This document shows positions 23,893 through 34,220 of a DNA stretch of 64,000 nucleotides, piece after piece. The stretch is from Alloascoidea hylecoeti (lineage: Eukaryota). Numbering within the stretch: the first letter of the stretch is position 1; each line of letters starts with the position of its first letter. The notes beneath the pieces were generated by a model. The model searched no databases and had not been told where the DNA came from. It saw nothing but the letters and a program-made list of their open reading frames with translations. The position numbers and the translations under genes are program-made. The stretch is from NCBI GenBank assembly GCA_001600815.1, contig BCKZ01000018.1:463974-527973 (forward strand), given 5' to 3'.

Positions 23893-24004
23893 TTCATAAT
23901 CACTATGGCTAATTATATTTTACGAAATGATCATGAATATTGAGATAAAAAATAAGGTTTTTGGAATAGAGTAATTATATATATTAAATAATTAAGAATT
24001 CCTA

Positions 24005-24052
24005 TGTTTGTGTTTGTGTTCGTGTTTGTGTTCGTGTTCGTGTTCGTGTTCG
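24005..24052. repeat. (TGTTYG)8 hexanucleotide microsatellite
   Basis: tgtttg tgtttg tgttcg tgtttg tgttcg tgttcg tgttcg tgttcg read directly. Confidence 0.9.
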
Positions 24053-24078
24053 TGCGTGGGCATGAACTTATTTCAGCC

Positions 24079-24255
24079 GGATTCTACACAACGTGACACA
24101 ATCAGGGCCGAGTAACTTTGGAATACAGTACGGTCTCGGCTCTGTGGTGCAGTCGTTTTGTTAAGCCTTATACACAAGTTAAAGATTTTGTATCACGACT
24201 TAGCCATTTTAGAAGGGAAATAAATGGCTAAGTCACTAATATACTCTTAAGATTG
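24079..24255 (+). ncRNA. Candidate two-hairpin structured RNA, possibly a box H/ACA snoRNA (snR83-like guide for 18S U1290)
   Basis: Hairpin 1 core CAGGGCCGAG/CTCGGCTCTG (one G-U pair). ANANNA box ACACAA at 24172-24177. Hairpin 2 has a perfect 13-bp upper stem (24197-24209/24222-24234), pocket strands TCAC and ACTAA, and a lower stem. The terminal box reads AGA rather than ACA. Confidence 0.4.
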
Positions 24256-25195
24256 TCTTCCATTGTGCATGTACACTGTAGAACTATTATATAACTATCT
24301 CATATTTCATTTTAAAACTACACAACCTTATATTTTATTTAAAATGTTTTGGATTCATGTATTCAAATATTACAGAAAAAATCCCGGTCTAAATACCTAC
24401 CTGGCCGTCGAATGTGTCGAATCCGAGCTCTTTTTAAGCTGAAGCTTGTCTATATATTACTTCGCCATATCGGAATCCAATGAAATATAAACAATACATA
24501 GTAGAATTTTAGAATTTTACATCGGTAATATAAATTGAAAAGATCCCATTTTATAATCACAGTATTGAATCGGAATACATGTACATCATATTAAAGAATA
24601 AATGGTGTGTGAAATTACACAATTGCGAGGACTAATTATAATCAAGGCCATAATACATTCAATATATTAAAGTCTCATTTGATCATTAACTATATATAGC
24701 TTCTTACAATTGCAACGAATATCTTTTTAAAGAGTTTCTAGTAACTTTCTACCCTTTCCCTTTACCCTAGCTAAGCTTACGTGTGTGATAGCCAACTTAT
24801 TATACAATCAGTGTGATTGCGATCAAATACTATGCACATAAGGCTTTTTATTCAAAATAGAAAGAAAAAAACAAAAAAGAAGAAAAGAATTTTTTTTTTT
24901 ATTAAAATCAATTGATATCTTAACACCACGTCCCAATGATTAGAAAAATAAAACGTTCAAATCATAGTATGATAATAATATAGTAATATATGTATAATAA
25001 CTAAAAAGTCATTAAAAGAAAAGAAAAAATGACAACGACAAAATGCATTCAATTGCAAAACAATTCATTAGTAACTTTATGATAAAAAAAAAAGAAATCA
25101 TTCCTTAAACTTTTAAGTGTAATTATTAAAATTTTCAACAAAATTCAATATTACAACAAATCTTATATTGCAATTGTTATACAAAAAGCAGAAAT

Positions 25196-26731
25196 TTAAA
25201 GCCCTTTTAAACCTGCTTTACAAACTGTTATATTTTTAACCCAAGCACTTTCTAAAACTTGACTTAAAGTAATTCTCTTTTTAGGTATAGGGTGTAACAT
25301 TAAATAAATAACAGATCTTCCTTTAAGTGTTTTAATAGTCTCCTCAATTGGTTTAAAACCAGCTTTAGTATTCCTTACTTTTAAATAAGTTTTATAACTT
25401 TCATCTTCATCCTCATCAGCTTGACTCCATAAATAAGTACCAGTTCTCATAATCATATATAAAATGCCTAAGGCCCATACATCAGCACAACGTGGATCAA
25501 ACCCTTGATCTTCATCATCACAGTATTCTTCTGGCGCAATATATGGTAGAGAACCACAACAGCCTCTACTATAATGAACCTCATCTTCCCATGGAGCATG
25601 GAAAACACAGGCATTACCAAAATCAGAAATTTTAACTGAACCATTTTTGGTTAATAAAATATTTTCTGGTTTCAAATCACAATGAGCAATACCATTACTA
25701 TGTAAAAACCCAACAGCAGTTAATATTTGTTTAAATAAGCAATTCACTTCTTTTGTTGCAAGTGGTCTAGCAGGCATAGCTGTTTTTGAATTTGGTGATA
25801 CAGATTTAATTAAATCACATAAATCACCACCATTACAATATTCAATGACTTCAAAATATTCACCATTTGGATTTTTCATAAAGTCAAAAACTCTTGCAAA
25901 ATTAACATGTTGAATTGATGAACCAATAATAAATTCAGAGACTAATCTTTCAATATATTTTTCTCTTTTTTCAGTTGATTTTTTTTTAAATTCTTTAACT
26001 GCAAAATATTGTTTTGTATTTGATTTTAAATCATTTCTGATTGATAAATGAACAGTACCAAATGAACCTTTTCCAAGAATTTCATAAGTTGTTCCATAAA
26101 TATCAGAGAAATGTTCTGAAGGGGCTAATTGATTATCGCGTTTCTGTTGTGTTTTCAATCTAGCATATTGAACAAACTCCATAGCACGTTGAATTCTATC
26201 AAAAGAAATCATTGGATTTTTTGGATCATTTGGAATAGAAGAAGTTTTAGCCCATTCTGGAACAATGGAAAAAGCATCATCTGTAATGTTCTTTTTTGGT
26301 TTTGCTCGGCTCTTACCAAAGATATTATTGAAGAATTCAACAGGAGTTTCAGGGGATATAGAACCCCTCTTATTACATTTTAAGGGATCTATATAATGAA
26401 TATGTTCATTTGTATCAGGATCGAAAGAATACCGGGGAATAGAAGAAATTGTTGTTATTGTTTTCAAGGAAGGATCTGAAGTAACCGAACAAGTAGTAAC
26501 AACACTGCTTCTTCTCGGAGTGAATTTCGGATCGAAATTCTGATTAGGGCTGGTCATAAGAGGATCTAGAACCGTTGTAGTAAAACGAGTATTTCCTGAT
26601 TTTAATTCAACAGAGCTTCTGATATCATCCGAGTTGCTTGAGGTGAATATGGTCTTGAAAAATCCCATTTTGTGCTTGTGGCCAACATGTTGGGGGTGGT
26701 TGTTGCTACGGATGCTTAATTCTGGGGTCAT
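25196..26731 (-). CDS. HAL5: NPR/HAL-family Ser/Thr protein kinase, Hal5/Kkq8-like
   Basis: GKGSFG, FAVKEF, SEFIIG, RPL...C..KQ, HCDLKPEN (HCD as in Hal5/Kkq8), DFG...PWE, GSLPYIAPEE and FDPR. Confidence 0.8.
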   Translation of the reverse strand: MTPELSIRSNNHPQHVGHKHKMGFFKTIFTSSNSDDIRSSVELKSGNTRFTTTVLDPLMTSPNQNFDPKFTPRRSSVVTTCSVTSDPSLKTITTISSIPRYSFDPDTNEHIHYIDPLKCNKRGSISPETPVEFFNNIFGKSRAKPKKNITDDAFSIVPEWAKTSSIPNDPKNPMISFDRIQRAMEFVQYARLKTQQKRDNQLAPSEHFSDIYGTTYEILGKGSFGTVHLSIRNDLKSNTKQYFAVKEFKKKSTEKREKYIERLVSEFIIGSSIQHVNFARVFDFMKNPNGEYFEVIEYCNGGDLCDLIKSVSPNSKTAMPARPLATKEVNCLFKQILTAVGFLHSNGIAHCDLKPENILLTKNGSVKISDFGNACVFHAPWEDEVHYSRGCCGSLPYIAPEEYCDDEDQGFDPRCADVWALGILYMIMRTGTYLWSQADEDEDESYKTYLKVRNTKAGFKPIEETIKTLKGRSVIYLMLHPIPKKRITLSQVLESAWVKNITVCKAGLKGL

Positions 26732-27133
26732 TGTGGGATAAAATGATGATCCGTTATTGTGGGAGTATAAATGGCTGACGTAATTTTTGCTTGCTTGATC
26801 GGATGATCAGCCAAATCTTGAGAATGAAAATAAAAAAGGAGCAAAAAAGAATACAGATGCTCGGATATCAGGATGACACCAGAAGGAGACCACAGAAACA
26901 CCAAAAAAAGGTCCCGAAAATAATACTTCAGCTTTAAATTTGGGGAAGAAAGAAAAAATGGAAAATGGACGCAAATAAAAATGTGGAAACTGATTACGTA
27001 ACAATTATGCTGGTGCCTCTCACGTGTGTGGCATTAATCACGACCGGTATAAATGTAGCAGCGGCTGTGCAAGTTATGCGCCACACACAACCACACTCCT
27101 TTTATTTCATCATTACAATATCTGTCTGTCACC

Positions 27134-27610
27134 ATGTCGTCTTTCCATTTTTGTCTCGAATGTAATAACATGTTATACCCTAAAGAGGACAAGCTGGGGG
27201 AAAATGCGGACGGCCGATCAAGATTGCTGTACTCGTGTCGAAACTGTGGTTACACCGAAGAAGCTTCGGATCCAAAAGTTTACAGAAACGAATTGATCGC
27301 AAATATTGGGTACGCTGAAATATATGCTTTATAATTCTAGTTCATAATAACTAATTTCATTGATTAGTGAAACTGCTGGTGTGGTACAGGATATAGGGCT
27401 GGATCCGACTTTGGTGAGTAGACTTCTTACTATAACATACATAGTAAACTGATTTTTTAACCTCCAATTTAGCCGCGATCGAATAAAGAATGTCCGCATT
27501 GTCATGAACATGAGTCTGTATTCTTTCAATCACAACAAAGAAGAAAGGAAACAGCGATGACGCTGTTTTATGTTTGTTTAAGTTGTGGTCGAACGTTTAG
27601 GGATGCCTAA
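27134..27610 (+). CDS. RPB9: RNA polymerase II subunit RPB9, 3 exons, 119 aa
   Basis: Exons 27134-27309, 27368-27413 and 27473-27610. Introns GTACGC..AACTAAT..TAG and GTGAGT..AACTGAT..TAG. Product [14 protein letters not shown]...[43 protein letters not shown]. Confidence 0.96.
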
Positions 27611-28116
27611 TTTACTAAAATTTGTATTATAAAATTTCATCAACTACTCGTCTCATTTTCTCTTTAAAAATGTTAATAGATTTATGATAGTAATAAATGT
27701 GTTTCCTCCTATAAGCATCTAGAACTATTAATTTGCCTAACTAATATTCCAAATGATCTTCTACGACAGTATTGATAATATTCGTAGCTACTATAGCTAT
27801 GGAGCTTAAGCGTAGTCTCGATAGAATAATGCGAAAATTTGAAATGAAAAAAGCGAATTATATTGTACGAGTGAGCGGTTTAGTTTAGTCTCCTGTAGCG
27901 ATTTGATTTTGTATCCTCACACTATTCTTACGTTGAATTCACTATATGTTATTACCTAAGCAATACCACCTGATGGGTTCGACATAATTAAAATGAGTAA
28001 TAGTATACCAATTATTAATATCAGATCTCTTGATTGTTACCTTAACGATTAATACGATTAAAATTGTTTATTCTTAAATTTAAATCCACCAAAAAAAAAA
28101 AAAATAGATATCAAGA

Positions 28117-29199
28117 ATGACATATGAACAACTCGTCAATAGACCTAAAATTCTTTACATACCAACCAATGATCCAATTCATGATGAATGGGCTTGGAAA
28201 ACATTAAATGAAAACTTTGATATCATAAACTACGATTTTGATACAATTGATGATTACATTAAGGAAGTCTCAAAACCAAACAATGGTAGTTTAGAAGGAA
28301 TTAAAGCAATTTGTCGTTCAACAAATCAATTAGGTTTACCTTATAAGACACATTTGTTATTTAAAGGTGAAGCTGTTAAACATACTCCAAAATCTGTTGA
28401 AATTATTGTTCAATCCGGTCATGGATTTGATGTTGCCGATATTGATTATCTTACCAATGAAAAAATTGTATTCTGTAATTCTCCAAGTTCTTGTGATCGA
28501 GCGACTGCTGATGTTGGAGTATACTTGATCCTGTCAGCTTTCCGGTACTTAACCTTTGCTGAGAATTGTGTTAGAACACATCAATATGACTTATCCCAGG
28601 ACATCATTCAAAGAGCTCAAAATCCGGAAGGTAAAATATTAGGTATTATTGGACTTGGTGATATTGGTTATAAAGTTGCAAGAGCCGCTGCAGCTCTTGG
28701 GATGAAAATAGTATATAATTCCAGATCAAGAAAACCGGACCTTGAACAGAAATTAAGATTTATAACTGAAGATGAAGAGGTAACTTATTATAAAGATATT
28801 AAAGATTTATATGCTGCTTCTGATTGCATATTTATTTCATGTCCATATACAAAAGAAACCCATCATTTAATAAACTCAAATTCTTTTAAATTAATGAAAT
28901 CAAAAGTTAGAATTGTTAATGTTGCTCGAGGGCCAATTGTTTCTGAAAAAGATGTTATTGAAGCAATTAAATCCGGTCAATTGATTGGGGCAGCTTTTGA
29001 TGTTCATGAATTTGAACCAAAAATTGATGAAGAACTCTTAAAAAATTATAACGTTACTTTATTACCTCATGTTGCTGTTGCTTCAAGAGATAGTTTTGAA
29101 GAATTTGAAAGAAAATGTGTTAAAAATTTAATGGAATATTTTTATGGTAGTGGAATTCCAAATACCCCAGTGAATCCACGAGTCTTGGATTCTAAATGA
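28117..29199 (+). CDS. D-isomer-specific 2-hydroxyacid dehydrogenase (glyoxylate reductase / D-mandelate dehydrogenase-like)
   Basis: Rossmann GIIGLGDIG, VNVARG, DVHEFEP and LLPHVA catalytic motifs; substrate cannot be determined. Confidence 0.9.
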   Translation: MTYEQLVNRPKILYIPTNDPIHDEWAWKTLNENFDIINYDFDTIDDYIKEVSKPNNGSLEGIKAICRSTNQLGLPYKTHLLFKGEAVKHTPKSVEIIVQSGHGFDVADIDYLTNEKIVFCNSPSSCDRATADVGVYLILSAFRYLTFAENCVRTHQYDLSQDIIQRAQNPEGKILGIIGLGDIGYKVARAAAALGMKIVYNSRSRKPDLEQKLRFITEDEEVTYYKDIKDLYAASDCIFISCPYTKETHHLINSNSFKLMKSKVRIVNVARGPIVSEKDVIEAIKSGQLIGAAFDVHEFEPKIDEELLKNYNVTLLPHVAVASRDSFEEFERKCVKNLMEYFYGSGIPNTPVNPRVLDSK

Positions 29200-30332
29200 T
29201 ATAACTTAACTTACAAACCACTATTGCGACTAAAGAGCTGATTAAGCTTGCAATTGTTACAAAGTGTGTTCTAATTCGGACAATCCCCCAATGTTCTTTA
29301 AATACACATATTTCTTAATAATTATAGTAGTGATAGATTTATATTCAGCAATATCAGTATAATGCTATATCAAGCACTCTAACTTATATAAGCACAAATA
29401 TAAGTTTATAATTAACTGTAGTTAACGTTGGAAGTAATATATAACCAAAATTTCTGCTGCCGTAATTTCTTTCCGTAAGTTTAATCAATGAGAAGCTTGA
29501 CAAATGTGCATGCAGATCTAGAAGGGGATTACGGAAGTTTTGCGATCAGTGATGGTTAATAATATAATAACCACTTCCAAATGTGGGGTTCAAGCTTAGT
29601 TACCAGCTTATCATGTCTTTAATTAATAAGTTGTGAATCGTGAATTTTGTGATATATGGATTAGATTAAAGGTTGCAATTTCACTGAATTATTGTTATCG
29701 TAATAAGCTTCAATATTGAGTATATAATTACCAATATTAATAGTTATCATTAAAATTTTACTTTTTTGATCTTAATTCTAACTGGCGGAATTATCACTTG
29801 TATATCGGTTATAAAATTAGCTAGGTGGCTCATCATCAGTCAAAATTTTCTTTATTTAATTTTTCACCTACAAATCAAATCAAAAACATCCTAGTTAAAC
29901 CAATAATAACCATATTAACCAATAATGTACACATATTTATATCAACTGTAATTAATAGTGATTATAAATTATAATATTAGTGATATCTAATACTGTATTC
30001 TAAGGTATTACCTGTAAGTTTAAATCCAAAATTAGAAAGTTATTTTACAATTAATGATTGATATAGAAAGTATAAGACCCTCTATGACACCCCCTCACTT
30101 CAGAAAACCACCTCAATGACTTCACTAGTGGTTAATTATAAGTATGAGTGTCATTATATCATCAATATCTCCAAATATTGTTAAAAACTCCTTCCAAAAA
30201 GAAAACAAAGTCATGTACGTATAGGTTATACCTCGATTAATTCATTTCAGTATTTATGGGTAGAGAATATTAATATTTAAACCTTGGTAACCAAATAGAT
30301 AGTATCAATGGATATATGTAGAATACAAGTTA

Positions 30333-30339
30333 CACGTGC
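30333..30339 (+). promoter_or_regulatory. Pho4-type E-box CACGTGC upstream of PHO84 (variant CACATG at 30374 and 30645; TATAAAA at 30811)
   Basis: Motifs read directly. PHO84 is an established Pho4 target. Confidence 0.55.
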
Positions 30340-30937
30340 TGACTATTTCGGAAGTCTGCTCCTTTAAATAAAACACATGTATCATATTGTGTTTTATCAT
30401 TGGTGATTTATACCAACTCCCGATAGACCATCAGATTTGAGCGTATTTCAGATTAATACAACAAACACCACTAGTGATATATCGAGGAAATCGTAATAGG
30501 AAAGAGGTCTGGTGACAGGCCGAATATGTAGTTATTTATGCATAGTACATAATATAATATTAATTAAGTGTATGAACAATGCAGAAGCGCAGTTTGCTTC
30601 ACTTCATAAGACAAATATTTCATCCAATCATGATGCTAAATAGCCACATGTGTTAAAAACTCAAGCTCTCAACGTTTCGCTGAAAAAGAATCAAGCTTTC
30701 TTATGTCTAACTAAGCATTAACGAAGCAGGATGCAGTTAACAGTGCACATAAGCTGATCTCCGAAAAGAGTAGCATATCACACGACCTTGTTAGCCAAAG
30801 GAAATAATTGTATAAAAACGTAAAAAGTCCCATCAAATACTTCTTATTTCCATCTTCAGTATCAAGCTTCAATTTAATTTGCAAGTCTTTTCTTGTTCTA
30901 TCCTTATATTATATTATATTAGATACCAATTATAACA

Positions 30938-32668
30938 ATGGCTGTCGCTAAAACTGGTGGAGGTAATGCAGCTTTCCATAACTTTATTGATGATTTTGCA
31001 GATGTTGAGGATCCAATGGAACGTCGTCGTTTAGCTTTGGAAAAGATTGATAATGCTAAATTTGGTTGGTATCATATCAGGACGATATGTGTCGCTGGTG
31101 TTGGTTTTTTAACTGATTCTTATGATATATTTTCAATCAATTTAGCCATGAGTATGCTTGGTTATGTTTATTGGGGTTCATCAATTGGTGGCGATGGAAC
31201 TCCACCATCTTCAGTTTCTAATTTATTGAAAGTTTCAACTACAATTGGCACTGTTATTGGTCAACTTTTCTTCGGTTGGTTAGCTGATACAATTGGAAGA
31301 AAAAGAATTTATGGATCTGAATTAATGATTATTATTGGCGGTTGTTTAGCTCAAACAATGATTGGTGAATCACCAGCTGTAAACTTCACTGCAATTATGA
31401 CTTTTTGGAGAATTATTATGGGTCTTGGTATTGGTGGTGATTATCCATTATCTTCAATTATTACTTCTGAATTTGCAACTACAAAATGGAGAGGAGCTAT
31501 TATGGGCGCTGTTTTTGCAAATCAAGGTTGGGGTCAATTATTTGGTGGTCTTGTTGCTCTTATTTGCGTTGTTGGGTGGAAAGATAGCATTATTCATGCT
31601 AAAAACGCCAGTGAATGTACTGGAAGATGTCTTCAAGCAATTGATCAGATGTGGAGGGTCTTAATTGGGTTTGGTTGTATTCCTGGTTTACTTGGCTTAT
31701 ATTTCCGTCTCACGATCCCTGAAACTCCAAGATATTCTTTTGATGTTAGTAATGAAGTAGAAAAAGCAGCAGCTGATTCTGAAAAATTTGTTTCAGGTGC
31801 GCTTGGTGAAACATCAAAGGCCGAGATTGAAGAGATCAAACAAAAAGTTGTAAAAACTCAAATTGACCCTGAAGAACCACAAGCACCACCAAAGGCATCT
31901 TTTAAAGATTTCTGTCGTCATTTTGGTCAATGGAAACACGGTAAAATCTTACTTGGTACTGCTGGTTCTTGGTTCTTATTAGATGTTGCATTTTATGGTC
32001 TTTCGTTGAATAATTCTGTCATTTTACAAACAATTGGTTATGCTTCAAAGACTGATGTTTATGGTAAACTATTTTATACATGTGCTGGTAACTTAATTCT
32101 TATTTGTGCTGGTTCCATTCCTGGATACTGGTTTGCAGTTTTCACAATTGATACACTTGGACGAAAAACATTACAATTTGCTGGATTTATTATATTAACA
32201 ATATTATTCTGTATAATTGGATTTGCATATGATAAATTAGGTGATAATGGTTTACTGGCATGTTATGTTCTAGCTCAATTTTTCCAGAATTGGGGTCCAA
32301 ATACTACAACATTTATTGTCCCAGGAGAATGTTATCCAACAAGATATAGATCAACAGCTCATGGTATTTCCGCTGCATCTGGTAAAATTGGAGCGATCAT
32401 TGCACAGTGTGCTCTTGGCACTTTAATTAATCATAATTGTCCAGCTGATAATCAAAATTGTTGGTTAAATCATGTCATGGAAATATTTGCTTTATTTATG
32501 TTTTTAGGTATATTTACTACATTATGTATTCCTGAAACGACGAGACAAACTTTGGAAGATATTTGTGAGCGTGTTCATGGTGAAGTTAATGTCGCTAAAC
32601 ATTATAAAAATTTAAAAGATCAAAATTCAACAGCTGTAAATACAGATAATGCAGCTGAAAATGTTTAG
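30938..32668 (+). CDS. PHO84: High-affinity inorganic phosphate:H+ symporter (MFS)
   Basis: GGNAAFHNF, AGVGFLTDSYDIF, GIGGDYPLSSIITSEFATTKWRGA and GPNTTTFIVPGECYPTRYRSTAHG. Confidence 0.97.
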   Translation: MAVAKTGGGNAAFHNFIDDFADVEDPMERRRLALEKIDNAKFGWYHIRTICVAGVGFLTDSYDIFSINLAMSMLGYVYWGSSIGGDGTPPSSVSNLLKVSTTIGTVIGQLFFGWLADTIGRKRIYGSELMIIIGGCLAQTMIGESPAVNFTAIMTFWRIIMGLGIGGDYPLSSIITSEFATTKWRGAIMGAVFANQGWGQLFGGLVALICVVGWKDSIIHAKNASECTGRCLQAIDQMWRVLIGFGCIPGLLGLYFRLTIPETPRYSFDVSNEVEKAAADSEKFVSGALGETSKAEIEEIKQKVVKTQIDPEEPQAPPKASFKDFCRHFGQWKHGKILLGTAGSWFLLDVAFYGLSLNNSVILQTIGYASKTDVYGKLFYTCAGNLILICAGSIPGYWFAVFTIDTLGRKTLQFAGFIILTILFCIIGFAYDKLGDNGLLACYVLAQFFQNWGPNTTTFIVPGECYPTRYRSTAHGISAASGKIGAIIAQCALGTLINHNCPADNQNCWLNHVMEIFALFMFLGIFTTLCIPETTRQTLEDICERVHGEVNVAKHYKNLKDQNSTAVNTDNAAENV

Positions 32669-33255
32669 CTTTTTCATTACAAATCAGGCACATTTTTAGC
32701 GATAGGGGATAGAAAAGTTATTTTATATTACAGGGGATACTTATTAATATCATATAAGGTTACGTTATTGTTTTACTTTTTTTTAGTACTCATTATGGAT
32801 GTCTTGCTTTCATTTAAATTGTAAAACATTTGATTCTCGGAATTTTTATTTAGTTAAGTTATAATAAATTACAAGAAATATTAGTGTTTTATTTCAATGA
32901 ATTGAATGATAATGTCAATTGAGTTAATTTGTAATCATATGCCGTGGGAGTCCCGATATGATCACGATTGTTCTTCTTTAAGGTCTTTACATACAGAACA
33001 ATGAAAACAAGTTCCACCGGTTGGGAACAAGTTTAAAAGATGTTAAGAATGCTTGAAAATTAACAAGCCTTCACTCTAAATAGAGATTAAGATGACATTT
33101 ACAATCTACAGTAAAATGGGATTCGATTCCAGAGAGAAAATATATATTAAGTCGTAACCAATCGCAGCATGGAGAGTATTATATATGCCAAAGAGGGGTG
33201 AACCTCATCGCTATTAAGGTTATAATTGCAAAATCAATCATTAAATTTTGATTGC

Positions 33256-33564
33256 TCAGTATTTTAGGATCTAATGAGATGGTTATGGTTGGTTAGAACG
33301 GAACACTTTAAATAATAAATAGGGCTCAATTAACTTACAATATATAGAGCGTGAATGATACCGGGAATATAACCAAGGATTGTCAACAGAACGTTGATAA
33401 GAAGGTCAGCGCCACAACCTCTTTCCAGGAAGACACCAAGTGGTGGAAGAACAATGGCTAAACAATTAGTTAATTTTGGGTTCGGTTCTCGGATGAGCGT
33501 ATCATGATGGAACATGGGACATACCAAGAATAATCTTGAAGATATCGGAACAAGTGAAGGCCAT
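33256..33564 (-). CDS. PMP3: Plasma membrane proteolipid Pmp3 (UPF0057), 3 exons, 57 aa
   Basis: Exons 33564-33525, 33457-33339 and 33270-33256. Introns GTATGT..AACTAAT..TAG and GTAAGT..TTCTAAC..TAG. Product MAFTCSDIFKIILAIVLPPLGVFLERGCGADLLINVLLTILGYIPGIIHALYIILKY. Confidence 0.96.
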
Positions 33565-34039
33565 TTTTGAAGTGTTTTTAAATAAGAGGGTGCTTTGTAA
33601 TTGAGAAAAGTATGGGGGGAGGAAAGTATTTATAGCTACGGGATGGGTACTGGTTGTTATCATGCAAGATAAATCTGCTGTGGTATGTAATGTGACTTTT
33701 AATATATTTACTCTTCCAGAGCTACTACCATTGTGCTCGCCGCCACAGGTCACCGCGCAGGCAATGAATATATCTTGCTGTGACGCAAATCAATCCTTAG
33801 CCGCATACAACACTTAGGATTGGGTTGAAAAGCGAAATTGAGTTGCGCTACACTATCGTTTTAACTTTTCTACGTAATGCCTGCGACACCTCATAATCAT
33901 GAAACCCCTTATGGTCTGATTGTGTCATAGAACTAGCACTGTAACTGCTTATTTTTTTTGATTGTCCCAATTTCTCCCCAAAGCTTATACAATTGCAATA
34001 AATTCAAAGGAGGCTATATCATGGCTATACCTTGGCTGT

Positions 34040-34220
34040 TCGTGACCAATATTAATATTTAATTTGGTCGGCTGTACTCGGTGTATCCGGTTAACCTCGG
34101 AAGGAGGATAAAACGTTTTGTTGCAACAGAGACTAAGTTTCCGTAAAAGCTCATAAATTATCGGCATACCACACTCACACTATCGCCGTTTGACTCTGGA
34201 ATTCTGATTCCACGCAGTAG
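34040..34220 (-). mobile_element. Decayed non-LTR (LINE, L1/Zorro-like) reverse transcriptase fragment
   Basis: The minus strand reads LLRGIRIPESNGDSVSV, one extra G (frameshift), then YADNL*AFTET*SLLQQNVLSSF (YADN at 34168-34157, one transition away from YADD). Stops and a frameshift are present. Confidence 0.45.

Noticed and set aside
24393..24404. ATACCTACCTGG resembling the U1 snRNA 5' end
   Set aside because: Mismatch in the splice-site pairing sequence, and no U1-70K loop, U1A loop or Sm site follows.
33117..33135. GGGATTCGATTCC resembling a tRNA T-loop or B box
   Set aside because: No T-stem, acceptor stem or cloverleaf. I found no tRNA gene in the window.
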